Source of the DNA: Bilabrum cf. latius
Lineage: Eukaryota
Direction of reading: 5' to 3'
DNA: 64,000 bases
NCBI GenBank assembly: GCA_965178125.1
Contig: OZ237761.1
Location: forward strand, 124,001 to 188,000
Under the pieces are notes generated by a model. The model saw nothing but the letters and a program-made list of their open reading frames with translations. It searched no databases and was not told the DNA's origin. Shown one piece after another: positions 61,227 to 64,000 of the stretch (position 1 is the first letter of the stretch; each line of letters starts with the position of its first letter). A program made the position numbers and the translations under genes.

Positions 61227-62510
61227 ATGCCAAAGCGAAGAATAAAGAATGATGCTCTGCGTGCTCCGACGAAGGTACAATGGGGGTCAGCTCCTGAGAG
61301 ACCATTTGACCCCAGCGCTGCAGTGCAGATTGATCGAAAGGAGCACCCAACCACCGAATTCCGAACAGTAGCAGACCTCCTGGAGGCACGAATGAAGGCT
61401 ATGTTCGATGGTTTGCAGGAGGCCTAGAAGCGAGATGTTGCAAACAAGACTTTGGGATCAGAATTGACTGCTCGGGGCATCGATCGAATTGCACATCGCT
61501 CGACAGTCTCGCTAGAGGCGGAGAACCCAGCGGATGCTATGCAAGCAAGTAGCGATGATGGCGGTCCGATGCAAATAGGATAGGATGCAAAGTATCTTCT
61601 GGCAAGAGCCGTCGAGCTGTTTGGAATGGACTTAACACGCCGAGCTGCAGTATTCGCTGAGTGGGCACGCCGCGTCAGAGTGCGACGGGAGCACCTGATC
61701 CGGGCGCATCGAACAGATGCTTCCTTAGATTTCTTACTTGATTGCTTCCCTGAGCGTGACGACCCAAAGTACCTGATGCCAATCCGTCGTGGGCGCCGCA
61801 ACGGCAAGTCGAAAGGCAAGGCACGGCCGGGTGTGGGAGCCTCTTCCTCTTCCGCTTCCTCTGCAGCCGATACTGCGCGCGATGGCGAAGGCACAGGAGA
61901 TAGCGATATGGGGGGATCAAGCAGTGGCAGTGACGCAGATGACGAGGAGGAGGAGGAGGAGGAATAGCACGTGGAGCATGGTGCCAGTGGAGCTGGGCAA
62001 GATTCGGCAGCTGCCAGAAAAGGTGGGGGGAGTTCCGCCGCTCCAGTCACCGCGAGCAGCAAAAACAGCAGCAAAAACAGCAGCAGAAACAGCAGCAGAA
62101 ACAGTACCACACAGGATGGGCCGTCAACGATGTCAGCCCCAGGCACCGCAGCACTGCCCCCAGGCTCTGGCAGTAGCCAAATCGCCCTGTCAGGACCCAG
62201 CGGCGCTGCAGCAGGCTCTCTAGCTGGTTCCAGGAATTCGGCCCATGTCGGGGCGGGCGGCAGTAAAGAGGAAGGCCGCAAGGTGAAACGAGCGCGAGTG
62301 GACGGAACTGCCGCTGCCGGGGCAAGTGCTCGAGGCAGTGGGCGAGCAGCCCTGGTGTCTGGTGGCAGATCATCCGGATTCGGAGGAAGCAAGCCGGAAG
62401 CTGGGCTAATTGAAGTTTAGTCCACAAAGGCGACACATGGGGCGAGCAGCAAAGTTGGTGCATCTGGAGGCATCGAAGTGGAGGAGGACTCGAGTGATGA
62501 CGGCGATTGA
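61227..62510 (+). CDS. Histone-fold protein (NF-YC/POLE4/DPB3-like) with low-complexity tail; 4 TAGs
   Basis: Sequence IG*DAKYLLARAVELFGMDLTRRA...RR.RVRREHL...LDFLLDCFP; TGA at 62508-62510. Confidence 0.72.
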
Positions 62511-62750
62511 TCGCGTGAAAATGTACCGGATCTAGATGCTCCTGACACGATTCGGTTTCACACACAACAATCATCTGTTCGCACGTGATCTGATCCAAAT
62601 CCACAGAGGAGCACGCCCCCAGCTCCCTGGGCTATTTCCCCGCGCAAACTCCAGCGATCATCCTCGTATGCCTTCCAACCAACTCGGACGACCGCTATAC
62701 GTCTACATGTACCCTTGCTTGACCGACAGGCGCAGGAGTAGACAGTAGCG

Positions 62751-63458
62751 TCAAGCCGTCTCGGCGATTCCCTCGGCGATGCGACCAACCTGCTCCTCGA
62801 GCTCAACGGCTAGTCCACGGATGACCTTCCCGAGCACTTGCTCCGCCATCCCGCAGACTGCTCGCACGTGCTCGCTTCGGCCGCTCCCAGCGGTTGCGAC
62901 CGGATGCGGAGCACCTGCCCCATCCTGCGACGCGGGGGGAGCGCCCGACGCCTCGTCCACCATCCGGAGGTGCCTGGCGAACCTTGCCGAACGTTCACCG
63001 ATCGACCGGATCTCATCGGGCCGCAGTGCCGGGAAGGAAGGGGGCGGCACGCCGTCGGCGATGTCCCGTCGAACTAGCCGTTGAGCCGAGGCAGAGGCCC
63101 GAGCCACGGCCTCCTCCACAGCCGCTGCCTGACGCTCCCTGGCGCGCGGGTCTGCCATCGAGCCCAGGCGGGTTTTGCCACCTTCTGTCCCAGCTGCTGC
63201 AGGGTCCACCGGATCGGGCCGCGCACCACTTGCGTGTCCAGAGCCTGCCAAGGCGACCGCTCCATTCTTGTTACGGTTTGGACCAACTCGGAGTCGCCCT
63301 GCGGCTCGCCTGGCGTCCTGCTCCGCCAGCCGCTGCGCTGCCTCCTCAGCGACCCTCCGGGCCTCTTGTTCCCTGGCACCCAGCTGCACCGCGGTTGCAA
63401 CCGCGGCCTCGTCGGTCCTCTCCGCCCTGTCCACGGCCTGCCGGGCCAGGGGCAGCAC
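62751..63458 (-). CDS. Last exon of a coiled-coil protein; C-terminus faintly resembles Moonraker/KIAA0753
   Basis: Acceptor-like tctcacag immediately upstream on the minus strand; TGA stop. Family assignment is only a recalled resemblance. Confidence 0.5.
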   Translation of the reverse strand: MLPLARQAVDRAERTDEAAVATAVQLGAREQEARRVAEEAAQRLAEQDARRAAGRLRVGPNRNKNGAVALAGSGHASGARPDPVDPAAAGTEGGKTRLGSMADPRARERQAAAVEEAVARASASAQRLVRRDIADGVPPPSFPALRPDEIRSIGERSARFARHLRMVDEASGAPPASQDGAGAPHPVATAGSGRSEHVRAVCGMAEQVLGKVIRGLAVELEEQVGRIAEGIAETA

Positions 63459-64000
63459 CTGTGAGACCCGGAGAGGGCTGGCGTGCTACACACTCGTCAC
63501 ACGATCTTCACTCGTCACATCGTGCATGGAATCGACGAATGGGTGCCGTGTGGCGGCAAAGGGGGATTCGGGTGAGCAGACCTCAGTCTGGCTTGAGCGG
63601 CCATCGACTGAGGCACCGTCACCATTGCGCGATCCAGCTCCCCCCACCCGAACCGCAGTGGGCTGCAGCCTGCTGGAAGCAGCCGTAGTGGCATGATGCG
63701 TGGCGTGCATCGCCAGCCACGCGGGCAGCTTTTGCTCTCCTTCCCGTCCGCTGTTCCCTGGGTGCGCGCTCTCGTTCTTGTTCCCTGGCATCCTAGCACC
63801 GCCCATGGTACTACCCACCCCACCCCCGGGGGCCCCCATGGTCCCCGTGGCCCTCGCCAATTGTTCCTCCAGCCGCCTCCTTCTTGCTCCGTGAGGATCG
63901 CCGCCCACGATCTCCAGAGGGGCCGGTTGCAACTGCCTGGCACCGGGCCCAAACAGGAACTCGGCTGTGCGGACAACATCCGGTCGTTGCGATGGCTGGA

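Noticed and set aside
1-62510. Mass pseudogenisation as the cause of fragmented host ORFs
   Set aside because: Breaks in host genes are exclusively TAG, with no frameshifts or TAA/TGA, and catalytic motifs are intact.

Overview
Eukaryotic (probably protist) nuclear DNA with GT-AG introns that appears to use a non-standard genetic code: TAG is a sense codon (most likely Gln), while TAA and TGA remain stops. Reading TAG through joins the fragmented ORF track into long, motif-complete genes. Host genes lie at both ends: two copies of a TRPM-like channel gene 53,033 bp apart, a MaoC-like dehydratase, an E2 ubiquitin-conjugating enzyme, an SGNH hydrolase and a histone-fold protein. Between them is a roughly 48 kb nest of mobile DNA. 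It holds several APE-RT non-LTR retrotransposons, a hAT transposon (13-bp TIRs, 8-bp TSD) interrupted by a tyrosine-recombinase (DIRS/Ngaro-type) retrotransposon, and a Zn2Cys6-2OG/Fe(II) dioxygenase fusion gene. It also holds a decayed Polinton-like/endogenous DNA virus (PolB, SF3 helicase, integrase-chromodomain, shared promoter motif). That virus is interrupted by a second YR retroelement and by an 8.46 kb circularly permuted insert carrying an 88-bp satellite and a third YR element. All calls come from reading the sequence by eye; no database searches were run.
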